Part shown: piece after piece, positions 1 to 8,974 of the stretch
Position numbering within the stretch: the stretch's first letter is position 1
Layout: each line of letters begins with the position of its first letter
Source: a virus
Taxonomy: Duplodnaviria > Caudoviricetes
IMG/VR virus record: IMGVR_UViG_3300036794_000053
Location: 32,001-96,000 of that record
Length of the DNA: 64,000 bases
Reading direction: 5' to 3' (one strand)
Position numbers and translations under genes: made by a program
Notes under the pieces: model-generated
The model's input: only the letters and a program-made list of their open reading frames with translations
What the model was told of the DNA's origin: nothing
Database searches by the model: none

Positions 1-21
1 ACGATTACTCGGACTACCGCG

Positions 22-252
22 TTGGCGGCACCGATCTTTGGGACCGCGTTGACGAGTGCGTATGCGGCGACTGCTGGGACTATCCAAACTTTCGTGGACA
101 CCCAGGTCACCGGCAATGTGCTCGTGGTGAGTAACGACGTCGAGGTTGAGACGGTGCCGCCGACCTATTGGTTGGGGTTCAACCATGGGCAGTGGTCGAT
201 GTTCTCGCCGGCCGCGTTGGCCGCTACCTACTCTCAGTACTTCCTGAGCTAA
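22..252 (+). CDS. Hypothetical protein (may start before the window)
   Basis: Good codon usage; the stop is directly followed by the AAGGAG RBS of the next gene. Confidence 0.55.
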   Translation: MAAPIFGTALTSAYAATAGTIQTFVDTQVTGNVLVVSNDVEVETVPPTYWLGFNHGQWSMFSPAALAATYSQYFLS

Positions 253-262
253 GGAGTTTCTT

Positions 263-1219
263 GTGTCCCGTGTGCGCGGACATTATGGGCGCCGACCGAA
301 TGATCCAGCGCGCCCACGAGTTGAACTGAAACCAGCCGGAACGTTGAACCCGCCAGCATCGGTGAATTACTACTCGAATGTGCCGGCGTGGGGCATGCTG
401 GCCAACGGCCCGGACAACTCCATCCCCAGCCTGCCGAACTTTTCAGGCTGCGGGGACTGCACGCTAGCTGGTGTTGGCCACCTCGTTGATGAGGTGGCGG
501 TCGATGCGCAGGGTATCGCCGCGCCGGCCACTTCGGTTGAGGCGTTGAACGCGTATATCGCCATCACCGGCTACAACCCTAAGACCGGCAGCAACGACAA
601 CGGCGCCGAGCTTCAGCAGGTTTTGCAATGGTGGACGGCTAACGGTTTCGCCGGCTACACCCCATCGGCGTACGCCGAGGTGGATGTCACGAATGTGCCG
701 CTGGTGCAGACGTGTATCGCCGCGTTCGGCGCCTTGTATACGGGGTTCGAGGTGCCGGCCGCGTTCGAGACACAGTTCGATGCCGGCCAGCCGTGGTCGG
801 TGCCGACTGGGCGCAGCGGTAGCCAGATTGTGGGCGGCCATTGCGTCCCGTTCGTGGGGTACGACGCCTCATATATCTATTGCGTGACGTGGGGTGCTGT
901 CCAGCCGATCACGTATGCGGCGGTGGCTAAGTACTGGGGCAAGCAAATGGGTGGCGAAGCGTGGGCTGTGGTTCTCCCGCAGGAGGTTGAGGCTTCGGGT
1001 TCGACTTATGAGGGTTTGGATACGGCGACGGCGAATGCTGATTGGCAGTCGTTGACCGGCAGCACCGCGTCCCCGTTCCCGACCGTCACCCCAACACCCA
1101 CCCCTACTCCTACTCCTACTCCTACTCCTTCTCCGAGTAGTGCGACCGCGTTGCTGCAGTCGATCCAAACGCAGATCACGCAGTTCCTCGCGGCCGCCCC
1201 GCATCACCACGGCCACTAA
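263..1219 (+). CDS. Papain-like (C1-type) cysteine peptidase with a Pro/Thr linker and short C-terminal tail
   Basis: GDC(T) catalytic Cys motif, GGHCV catalytic His motif, VTWG motif; AAGGAG RBS. Confidence 0.75.
   Translation: MSRVRGHYGRRPNDPARPRVELKPAGTLNPPASVNYYSNVPAWGMLANGPDNSIPSLPNFSGCGDCTLAGVGHLVDEVAVDAQGIAAPATSVEALNAYIAITGYNPKTGSNDNGAELQQVLQWWTANGFAGYTPSAYAEVDVTNVPLVQTCIAAFGALYTGFEVPAAFETQFDAGQPWSVPTGRSGSQIVGGHCVPFVGYDASYIYCVTWGAVQPITYAAVAKYWGKQMGGEAWAVVLPQEVEASGSTYEGLDTATANADWQSLTGSTASPFPTVTPTPTPTPTPTPTPSPSSATALLQSIQTQITQFLAAAPHHHGH
1080..1135 (+). repeat. Coding CCNACN/CCTACT tandem repeat encoding (PT)n
   Basis: cctactcctactcctactcctact inside the peptidase gene. Confidence 0.85.
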
Positions 1220-1239
1220 TGCCCTTCTGGGGAGGCGGA

Positions 1240-1656
1240 ATGCCGGACGAGCATCACGGCGGTTACGTCACGCAAACAGAGTTCGTGGCCGCCATGGAAC
1301 ACATGTGGGACTACGTCCTGCAACAAACAGACGCAATCAACAAGCTAGGAGCAGATCAGGTGGCAACCCAGGCTGACATTGACGCCCTCACTACCCAGGT
1401 TCAGACGCTGGATTCGCAGGTGACCACTCTGACCGGCCAGCTGCAGGCGCAGGATTCGCAGGTGCAGAACGCGATCACTAATATTAATGCGGAGATCGCC
1501 GCGTTGCAGCAGGCGAACCCGGCTCTTGATGTGTCTGGTTTGCAGTCGGCTGTTGCGCAGCTGGCCACGGACCAGGCCACCGAGGGTGCGGCGGATGAGC
1601 AGTTGGCGACCGATGTGTCTACCGTGGACACCATCGCCCCGCAGCCGGGCGGTTAA
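1240..1656 (+). CDS. Coiled-coil hypothetical protein
   Basis: GGAGG RBS before ATG 1240; Q/A/L heptad-rich sequence; possible internal GTG start near 1360 with its own AGGAG. Confidence 0.7.
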   Translation: MPDEHHGGYVTQTEFVAAMEHMWDYVLQQTDAINKLGADQVATQADIDALTTQVQTLDSQVTTLTGQLQAQDSQVQNAITNINAEIAALQQANPALDVSGLQSAVAQLATDQATEGAADEQLATDVSTVDTIAPQPGG

Positions 1657-1664
1657 ATTCCGAT

Positions 1665-1700
1665 GGGGGTGTGTGGTCTAGAAAGCCACACACCCCCACC
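1665..1700 (+). terminator. Intergenic hairpin (terminator or processing stem)
   Basis: ggggtgtgtgg...ccacacacccc inverted repeat. Confidence 0.5.
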
Positions 1701-1724
1701 CCCTAACGCCGAAGGGGCAACACG

Positions 1725-2330
1725 TTGTTCGAGAGGTTCACCGACCGGGCTAGGCGTGTGACTGTCCTCGCCACCGAGGAAGCCCGCCGCCTCAGCCACA
1801 GTTATCTGGGCACCGAGCATCTTCTTCTCGGGTTGATTCATGAGGGTGAGGGTGTCGCCGCCCAGGTGTTGGCCGCGTTGAACATTGAGCTTGATGCGGT
1901 GCGTAAGGAAGTTGAACGCATCATCGGGTTCGGTCAGCGGGCGCCGTCTGGGCATATCCCGTTCACCCCACGAGCCAAGAAAGTTCTTGAGCTGGCGTTG
2001 CGTGAAGCATTACAGCTGGGGAACAACTACATCGGCACCGAACACATCCTCCTCGGCATTATCAGTGAGGGTGAAGGCGTCGCCGCGCAGGTGTTGGTGA
2101 CGTTGGGCGCCGATTTGGAAACCACCCGTATGAAGGTGGTCGAAGTTGTGGGGGGAGACCGGCGGGAACCCGGCGGCAACAAGCCGGAGCGGAACATGCA
2201 GGTGTGGAACATCCTTAACAGGCTCGCTCAGCGTCCCGACGACCATGAGGTTGTCGACTACCAGTTCATGACGACTGAAAAGAATGGCGAAATCACCGAG
2301 ACTTTGACGATTCGCTGGCGGCCTCAGTAA
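1725..2330 (+). CDS. ClpC N-terminal (Clp_N double repeat) domain protein, no AAA+ modules
   Basis: MFERFTDRARRV, YLGTEHLLLGLIHEGEGVAA and GHIPFTPRAKKVLELALREALQLG closely follow the actinobacterial ClpC1 N domain; ~55 unrelated residues follow before the stop. Confidence 0.93.
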   Translation: MFERFTDRARRVTVLATEEARRLSHSYLGTEHLLLGLIHEGEGVAAQVLAALNIELDAVRKEVERIIGFGQRAPSGHIPFTPRAKKVLELALREALQLGNNYIGTEHILLGIISEGEGVAAQVLVTLGADLETTRMKVVEVVGGDRREPGGNKPERNMQVWNILNRLAQRPDDHEVVDYQFMTTEKNGEITETLTIRWRPQ

Positions 2331-2344
2331 CCCGAAGGGTTGAG

Positions 2345-2917
2345 ATGGGGCAACACAGCAAGACCAGCGGCAGTCGTTTAGCGGTGCTGTTCGGGGCGGT
2401 CGCGGCGTTGCCGTTGACGCAGGGCACCGCGCTCGCCGATAGCCACCCGTCCATTGACTGGTCACCGATTATCCAGTGTGAGTCGGGTGGGAATCCGCAG
2501 GCACATAACCCGCGGACATCCGCGTCGGGTTTGTTTCAGTTCATGGCTGGCACGTGGCGGTCATTGGGTGGCCTGGCGTTTGGCCGTACCGCGGCGGACG
2601 CTACACCGCGGGAGCAGGAACGGATCGCTGACCGGGCTTATGCCAGTGAGGGGTTGGGTCCGTGGGAGGCGTCGCGGGATTGTTGGAGCGGGCGCGCGGT
2701 CCGCCGCAGCGTCCATGTGTACGCGCGGCGCACCACACACCACTTGTTCCGCCGTACTCGGGTGGAGCGGGTGGTGACGTACACGGTGCGGGCGGGTGAC
2801 ACATTGTCCAGTATCGCCGCGGCGCGCGGGTATTCGTGGGAGCAGTTGTGGTCGCAGAACCGGGCGGCTGTCCGTAACCCGAATCGGGTGTATCCGGGGT
2901 TGACGATTTCGTTGTGA
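2345..2917 (+). CDS. rpf: Secreted resuscitation-promoting-factor-family transglycosylase with C-terminal LysM
   Basis: Signal peptide ending ALA; WSPIIQCESGGN, GLFQF...TW, A..ATPREQ..IA and GLGPW Rpf motifs; YTVRAGDTLSSIA...NPNRVYPG LysM. Confidence 0.9.
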   Translation: MGQHSKTSGSRLAVLFGAVAALPLTQGTALADSHPSIDWSPIIQCESGGNPQAHNPRTSASGLFQFMAGTWRSLGGLAFGRTAADATPREQERIADRAYASEGLGPWEASRDCWSGRAVRRSVHVYARRTTHHLFRRTRVERVVTYTVRAGDTLSSIAAARGYSWEQLWSQNRAAVRNPNRVYPGLTISL

Positions 2918-3345
2918 GGGTGACTATGCCGCATCTGCATCCGGCGAATCAGGCGAGACATGATGACCTTACCCTTGGCCAGCGGGTTGCTGATGCGGTG
3001 ACTACGGGGTTTGGTTCGTGGCGGTTCATCATCTGGCAGTCCATTGTGGTCGCCGGTTGGATCACGTTGAACTTGGTCGGGTGGGCGCACCACTGGGACG
3101 TCTACCCCTACATTTTGCTGAACCTGGTGTTCTCCACCCAGGCCGCGTATGCGGCGCCGTTGATTCTGCTCGCGCAGAACCGCCAGGAGGAACACGACCG
3201 GGTCAAGGCCGAGCATGACTATGTGGTGAACGAGGAGTCGTTGAAGTTGCTGCGTGGTATTGCGTGCGGTGAGATCGCTATCTCGGTGGCGCAGGAAGCT
3301 ATTGCCGCGGATGTGTCCGGGATCGCGGAGCGTCTCGATGAGTGA
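2914..3345 (+). CDS. DUF1003-type membrane protein
   Basis: GQRVADAV..FGSWRFI, D.YPYILLNLVFSTQAAYAAPLILLAQNRQ signature. Confidence 0.85.
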   Translation: MRVTMPHLHPANQARHDDLTLGQRVADAVTTGFGSWRFIIWQSIVVAGWITLNLVGWAHHWDVYPYILLNLVFSTQAAYAAPLILLAQNRQEEHDRVKAEHDYVVNEESLKLLRGIACGEIAISVAQEAIAADVSGIAERLDE

Positions 3346-4294
3346 GCTTGCGCCGATCCCGTGGCCACCCACCCTCACCCCAACGTGGACGGAGGTTCCG
3401 GGTGCGCGTAACACGGACCCGCTGCCCCGCGCCGATGTTCTGGTGGTCACGTACACCGCGGCTGAGGGCGAGGCCCTGGCGGACGTTCTGACGCCGGGTT
3501 ATCCGAGCTCGGGTTGGATGCCGTACCTGAATGGTTGGGGCGATCTGAAGCCGCTGGTGGGGCCGGGCGGGCCGTCTCTGGAGTCGGACCGGGCCGGCCT
3601 GTGGGCGGTGACCAGTATCGGCAACGCGAAGGCTGTCCTGGTCAAGTCTGATCTGCACCCGGCGACTGACGGGCCGAAGCTGCCCATGGTTGTGTTGTGG
3701 CGGCAGATGGTGGCGCAGGTACGGCCGTCGTTGATCATCACCACCGGCACCGCTGGTGGGGTGGGTGCGTACACCGAGCTCGGCGACGTCATCGTGACGA
3801 GCTCGGTGCGGTGGGACGCGCGGACCAAGTTCAGGTCGGAGTCGTGGGCGCAGGCCAGCTACACCAGCAGCGGCGGGTCGGCGATCCTGGGCTCGGGCCT
3901 GGTGCAGGGCTATCTGAACTGGGGGTTGGCCAAGCTGATGCCGATCAACCTGGCCAAGGTGCCGCGCCCGACAGTTGAGCCGCAGCTGCACGCCGGCACG
4001 ACAGTGACCACTGACTTCTTCGCGTTCGACGACGCCGCTGACCACTACGGGTTACGTGCCTATGAGCCGGATGCGTGTGCGGTGGAGATGGATGATGCGG
4101 CGTTGCCGCTTGCGCTGGGGGATGATCCGACGCCGTGGATATCCGTGCGCAACGCCAGCGACCCGCAGATGGATGGGCCGAACCTGAAGTCCGAGGACCA
4201 GGAAGCGGCGGATATTTACCGTAGGTATGGCTATTACACGACGAGTTGCTCGGCGATTGCGTGTTGGGCAATCATCGCCGGGCTAGGAGTGTGA
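3338..4294 (+). CDS. Nucleoside phosphorylase / MTA-SAH nucleosidase-fold protein
   Basis: ITTGTAGG, LGDVIV, AVEMD and SVRNASD motifs of the PNP_UDP_1 fold; start overlaps the upstream stop region. Confidence 0.75.
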   Translation: MSELAPIPWPPTLTPTWTEVPGARNTDPLPRADVLVVTYTAAEGEALADVLTPGYPSSGWMPYLNGWGDLKPLVGPGGPSLESDRAGLWAVTSIGNAKAVLVKSDLHPATDGPKLPMVVLWRQMVAQVRPSLIITTGTAGGVGAYTELGDVIVTSSVRWDARTKFRSESWAQASYTSSGGSAILGSGLVQGYLNWGLAKLMPINLAKVPRPTVEPQLHAGTTVTTDFFAFDDAADHYGLRAYEPDACAVEMDDAALPLALGDDPTPWISVRNASDPQMDGPNLKSEDQEAADIYRRYGYYTTSCSAIACWAIIAGLGV

Positions 4295-4465
4295 GTGCAG
4301 TCGAAGATGCCACCGGTCTTTGTCTTCAAAGACAAGGACGTCAATGTGTGGCGTTGGACGTGTCGCCAGTGTTCGCAGTCTGAGTGGCGTGGCCGCCATG
4401 ACGAGGCGTTGAGCGACGCGCAGAAACATATCCGGTCGCACGAGTCGTTCGGTTTTAAACGCTAG
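4295..4465 (+). CDS. Small Zn-finger-like protein (below the ORF-track cut-off)
   Basis: Hand translation gives ...WRWTCRQC...KHIRSH, 56 aa. Confidence 0.5.
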   Translation: MQSKMPPVFVFKDKDVNVWRWTCRQCSQSEWRGRHDEALSDAQKHIRSHESFGFKR

Positions 4466-4753
4466 TCCCCGCTACGCCGAATTGGGGTTGTTTGTTATGG
4501 CTTGCAATAATTGTAGGGCGGGTGTGGCTGTCACGTTCGTTGACGCCCCCGAGTCTCGCCGGTTCACGGCGTCCCGTATGCGGCTCACCGAGCAGGGGTA
4601 TCTGAATCTGTTTGATGATTCGAAACCTACCCAGCTGGTGGCTACGGTGGCACCGGGTCATTGGAAGGTCGCCGAGTATGTGGAAGCGCAGGCGTTGTGC
4701 CGCTGCTCGGGGTTCAGCCTGACACCGCTGCATAACATGGTCAGCGTTCAGCA

Positions 4754-5152
4754 GTGAATAGCATGCTGCACATTCGGGGCGGCACCGACTATGCGGACGC
4801 GATCGGGATTCTGTTGAGGCAGCTCGGTCCGTCGGGTCCGTTCTGGCGGTACGCGAAAGAACCCAGCGACTATAAGACACCGCCGTTGTCGTTCCCGCCG
4901 AACACGGATTGGTTGGCCGAGGCGCGCAGCATGGCGGTAGCCATGGACAAAAGGTTGATCCAGACGAAGACCGGCACCTGGGTGGTTGTTGACCCGGACG
5001 AGTGGAACCCGCGGGTCGACGAGGAACGCGACCTACTTCTCGAGTTGGCGTTCCAAATGCGCGAACTCGAACCCGACACGCTACTGGGCCGCATGTCACG
5101 GATGCAGTGGGACGAGTGGCAGGACTGGCTGCGGAAACGGCGCGCCGCATAA
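4754..5152 (+). CDS. Hypothetical protein
   Basis: GTGA-coupled to the upstream ORF 4482-4757; phage-like codon usage. Confidence 0.6.
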   Translation: MNSMLHIRGGTDYADAIGILLRQLGPSGPFWRYAKEPSDYKTPPLSFPPNTDWLAEARSMAVAMDKRLIQTKTGTWVVVDPDEWNPRVDEERDLLLELAFQMRELEPDTLLGRMSRMQWDEWQDWLRKRRAA

Positions 5153-5266
5153 AGCAAGGGAGCGTTGCCATGTGGGCGAAACTATCCAAGCTACTAGCCA
5201 AGTTGGTGAAGCGTTGCGAATGCGCCAGCTGCGAGCTGCGCCGCCGAGTGTTGAAAGGGCGGCACC

Positions 5267-5644
5267 GTGACAAAGGCAGCTAAGGTGGCGAAAGGCGCGA
5301 ACTGCTGGTACGGAATCTGCAACCAGTGCGGCGACTTCGCCGTCACCCCGTCGCAACCTGACGCGTTGGCCACTGTCCTGGCGCATTTGAAAGAGTTCTC
5401 GTGTGTGTCCACGCCGGCCGCGATCCCTGCCGGCGCGCTCGCCGAGCTGGATCGGGCGAAGGCCGGCGCGGACGCCACACTCAACATGTTGATCTCCAAG
5501 CTACGCCACCACCTGGCCGCCGGGTTCGACCCGACTGAGCTGTGGAACGAAACGTATTTGGAGTGGTGCCAGCATGCGGGGAACCCGATGTTGGCGTTCG
5601 CGTTCGCTACAGCTGCGGTGCGGCTAGCTCTGCCGCAAGGCTGA
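5267..5644 (+). CDS. Hypothetical protein with CxxC
   Basis: CNQC motif; coupled start. Confidence 0.55.
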   Translation: MTKAAKVAKGANCWYGICNQCGDFAVTPSQPDALATVLAHLKEFSCVSTPAAIPAGALAELDRAKAGADATLNMLISKLRHHLAAGFDPTELWNETYLEWCQHAGNPMLAFAFATAAVRLALPQG

Positions 5645-6489
5645 GCCCGTAGTCGAGGCCTTGGCCTTCGGCGAGGAGCGCGAGGAACGCGAGGTATGCG
5701 TGGGCGCGGAACCGGATGATGCACTGGTCGCCTTCCACGGACACCAGGTCGCATTCCTCGGCGTCGGCGAGGTATTGCTCAGCTGCCCGGAAGTGGTCTC
5801 TTCCTGTCATTCTTTTCTTTCTCCTCCTGGTTCTTTCGGTGTTGTTCCCTGAGTCGGCGGGCGACACTGGGTAGGGTTTCGACCCGTCCGACGCCGAGGC
5901 AGATACCGCAGGTGGGTTCGTTCGGCCCCGGCTGTTTCCCCATGCAGCGGCCGCACGTTGCGTAGTCAGACATCGTTCTCCTCGCATGGGCACCAGATGG
6001 TGTCGGTGTGCGGGGCGCCACAAAGTGGACAGGTCCCCGCTTCTTGCCATAGATGAGCGGGTAACGCAAGGTCCGCCAGGTCATCGTCGTAACTTGTCAT
6101 TGAGGCTCAACCCGCATTCGCCGCACCATAACGACACGACTGCTTTCTGGTCGCCGGCTACCACGAGGAGTTCGTGTATGCAGTTGGGCTTCCCGGTCAG
6201 GTGTGGGGCGAGGTAGGTGACGCGCAGGTTTTGTTCCGCCTCATCCAGGCTGAGGAATCTCGGTTTCGGTTTCGGTCTCATGCTCCTTGTCCTCGGTCAG
6301 TCTGAGCCGGCCCGCCCCCTTGATACGGGCCGGTTCAGCGCGGTGGCAGTCCCCGATGGCCAGCAGCACCCGCCCCCGAATGGTGATGTCGAGGTGTAGC
6401 TCCAGCAGCCACAGCCGGAACGCCACAGTCAAGAACACGGGCGGTTCGTTTAGAGACATAGCTGTGCCGTTTCACGAAAGGGGCAGGCT

Positions 6490-6637
6490 AATGATTGTGC
6501 TCGGGATTCTGCTAGCCCTGTTGGGCTACTTCCTCGCCATTGGCGTGCTGGAAACCATCGGGATCATTCTGGTGGTGGTTGGTGCGGTGCTGTTGTTGAT
6601 CGGGCATGTGGGTCCGATCGGTGGGCGGTGGTGGTGA
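6490..6637 (+). CDS. Small two-helix membrane protein (DUF6131-like)
   Basis: MIVLGILLALLGYFLAIGVLETIGIILVVVGAVLLLIG..GGRWW; GAAAGGGG RBS; start approximate. Confidence 0.6.
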
Positions 6638-6701
6638 GTCGAGCTCGGCGGTGAGCGCTTCGGCTAGGCCGGCGAGCTCGACTCGTAACCACTGTTCGAA
6701 G

Positions 6702-7022
6702 TCAGCTGACACGTTGCTTCGGTGGCTTCGGCGGCCGGCGCCCTTCGTTCTTCTTACGGCCGTGCGGGCACTGGTCGGTGTGCCCGTCACCCCATGGGCC
6801 GACTCGTCCCCCGCAGGTCGGGCACTTCTCGTCGGACAGTTGGATGTTGATCAGGTGGGTCAGGTGGTCGAACGCGGCGTCTGTTTCCTGTACCCGGCGG
6901 GCGGCGGCTTCTTCGGGTGTCTCGGGGTACTGGTCGAGTTTGGCCCAGTTCACGAACCTGGCCCATGCCCGACGCAACTCAAGTAACATCATCACTCCCT
7001 GGGGATAGTTATTCCCAGACAT
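6702..7022 (-). CDS. Hypothetical protein with a Zn-ribbon motif
   Basis: CPTCGG...H..QC. Confidence 0.55.
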   Translation of the reverse strand: MSGNNYPQGVMMLLELRRAWARFVNWAKLDQYPETPEEAAARRVQETDAAFDHLTHLINIQLSDEKCPTCGGRVGPWGDGHTDQCPHGRKKNEGRRPPKPPKQRVS

Positions 7023-7515
7023 CGTATGTGACTCGGCGATGTTTCGGTCGGGTCCAGATGGGCGCTTCCTGCCGGCAGCTGTAGCACACGTTCTCGCCGG
7101 CCCGTAGCGTGGCCCAGCTGCCGCACCTGCCGCACCAAGCGTTCCGTTCGTCGCCGAATAAGGCGGTCGGTGGTGGGACGCGCTGGGTGGCTTCGGCGGT
7201 GAAGTTCCACGCGCGGACGCCGGGGCCGATGTGCTGGTGTTCGGAGTAGGCGATCTCGTGGCCGGCGTCGACTTGCTCGGCGAGGTTCTCCGCCCACTCG
7301 CGGATTTGTTTGCCGGTCCACATGTATCTCCCGAGGAGTTCGTCCTCGTGCACGGGGAGCCTCATGATCTCGTCGATGATCTTGGCTGCGTCGAGGAGTG
7401 TGGTCTCACCGGACCGCACCGATTCGATGAGCCGCTCGTCCCCGTGTTCTAAAAGTTTCTCCGCCTCCTTGATTTGGTCGGGTGGTACGGCGGGCATGGT
7501 CAGGATGTTGCGCAC
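7009..7515 (-). CDS. Hypothetical protein with C-terminal Zn ribbon
   Basis: CGRC...CYSC; GGGGG RBS. Confidence 0.6.
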   Translation of the reverse strand: MRNILTMPAVPPDQIKEAEKLLEHGDERLIESVRSGETTLLDAAKIIDEIMRLPVHEDELLGRYMWTGKQIREWAENLAEQVDAGHEIAYSEHQHIGPGVRAWNFTAEATQRVPPPTALFGDERNAWCGRCGSWATLRAGENVCYSCRQEAPIWTRPKHRRVTYDVWE

Positions 7516-8216
7516 TGGTGTCCCCCGTGTATGTTGTGAGTTGTGCTAAGTAGTCGCGTTGCACTCGGGCGCGGCGGCGCAGTAGGACGCGGCGCTGTCG
7601 GGTGTCGCCGATCTTGATAGCGGTGTCGATCTTGAAGTCGATCATGTCCAGTCGAGCGGAGAACGCGGCGGTGAGTTCCGGCTCGGTCACTGGGCGCGCC
7701 GCTTGGCGGGAGGCCAAGGCCGCGGCGGCTGGTTGCTGGGGTTTTTCGGGGTCGCGCGGTGGATCACGCCTCGCACGTCGCGGGTGGCGTTGCCGGACGC
7801 GATGAGTTCGTTGGCATAGGCCCGCTGCATGAACGTCAGCGTTGATTCGGGCACTGGTCCGCGGCCCAGGTCTTGCCAGAGTTCCCACTTGCCGGTCCTG
7901 GCTGGCCGGTGTTTCGGCATCGTCTAGGTCCCCTTCGTTTAGATCAATGTCTGGTGGCCGTTGGCAGAGTGCCATTTGGTCACGCGCCGCACAACGGGTG
8001 ATCGTCGATCAGGTCACGCGCTACGCTGAGGCCAGTCACAGGAAACTCTGTGTTTGGGCAATGGATGCTTGACGCACCAACGAAATAACTCCTGGTAGCG
8101 GCAGGGTGCCGGCAGATGTGACCCATGTGACCCGATCACCCGGACGGATGAACCAAGAAATAGGCATACCTCACCTACCGCCACCCGTGCGCGATAAGTG
8201 ATATCGATAGCAAGGC

Positions 8217-8263
8217 AAAAAAAATAGGCGCGGCGCGCCCGAATGGGACACGCCGCGCCTTTT
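8217..8263 (-). terminator. Intrinsic terminator, possibly bidirectional
   Basis: A8 + aggcgcggcg...cgccgcgcct + tttt. Confidence 0.75.
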
Positions 8264-8477
8264 ACATCGGCGGAACAAACCCCGCCAGCCAACCCCCATC
8301 ACACACCGTGCAGCGACGAGGCGACCAGTCGTACCACAGCTCCTCACCACGCGCCGCGACAGTCGGCCTGGACGTGTAACCCACGCCGCCGCACACATGG
8401 CACACAGTGCGCGTGCTCTCGACGCTCTCCTCGCTGTCCATTCCTTGCACCCTACTCAGCCAGCTGCTGCTGCCCAT
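8262..8477 (-). CDS. Small DnaJ-like Zn-finger protein
   Basis: CHVCGG.G...CTVCDG.G. Confidence 0.55.
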   Translation of the reverse strand: MGSSSWLSRVQGMDSEESVESTRTVCHVCGGVGYTSRPTVAARGEELWYDWSPRRCTVCDGGWLAGFVPPM

Positions 8478-8787
8478 CTTCGAGCGCCCACAGCCCCGCC
8501 TGGCGCGCGCACCAGATATGCCCAGCCGCCCGCATGTAGTCCTCGTCGAGCTTCGCGCGGTCGCTCGGTCCCCGGCGGGACGCGAAGCCGATCGTCCCCG
8601 GGCCTCCGTGGTCGTCGATGTGCACGATCACCTCAACCTCCCAGGGATGGCGCGGTCCGCGCCGACACCACACGGTCATCATGTTGTCGATCTCGCCGTC
8701 CTCGTCGGCGACCAGTTGGTAGCGGTACCGGCCGCCCGGGCTGATGACCGAGTAGCGGCTGTGGTCAAAGTCAATTGGGTCACTCAT
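8452..8787 (-). CDS. Hypothetical protein
   Basis: AGGAG RBS; typical codon usage. Confidence 0.65.
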   Translation of the reverse strand: MSDPIDFDHSRYSVISPGGRYRYQLVADEDGEIDNMMTVWCRRGPRHPWEVEVIVHIDDHGGPGTIGFASRRGPSDRAKLDEDYMRAAGHIWCARQAGLWALEDGQQQLAE

Positions 8788-8922
8788 CTCTCGTCTCCTA
8801 CGGGCATGGTTTTCTCCTCGATCGTTTGGGTGATATGGTGCCGCGGCCAGCCACCCTGGCGGCCACCCCTATCTCAGGCTGATGTCGGGCAGGTCGCAGG
8901 GTTCTCCCGCGCAGGGCTGGTG

Positions 8923-8970
8923 AACAAAAGCGGGGGGCCGAGCCGGTTAGGTAGCGGCTCGGCCCCCCGC
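8923..8970 (-). terminator. Intrinsic terminator
   Basis: 16-bp GC stem (8930-8945 / 8955-8970) followed by TTTTGTT on the minus strand. Confidence 0.75.
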
Positions 8971-8974
8971 CCAG

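Noticed and set aside
1725-2330. clpC pseudogene
   Set aside because: No AAA+ remnants are visible downstream; clean stop and tight operon packing.
2331-2344. c-di-AMP riboswitch upstream of rpf, as in Streptomyces rpfA
   Set aside because: Only 14 bp separate rpf from the preceding gene.
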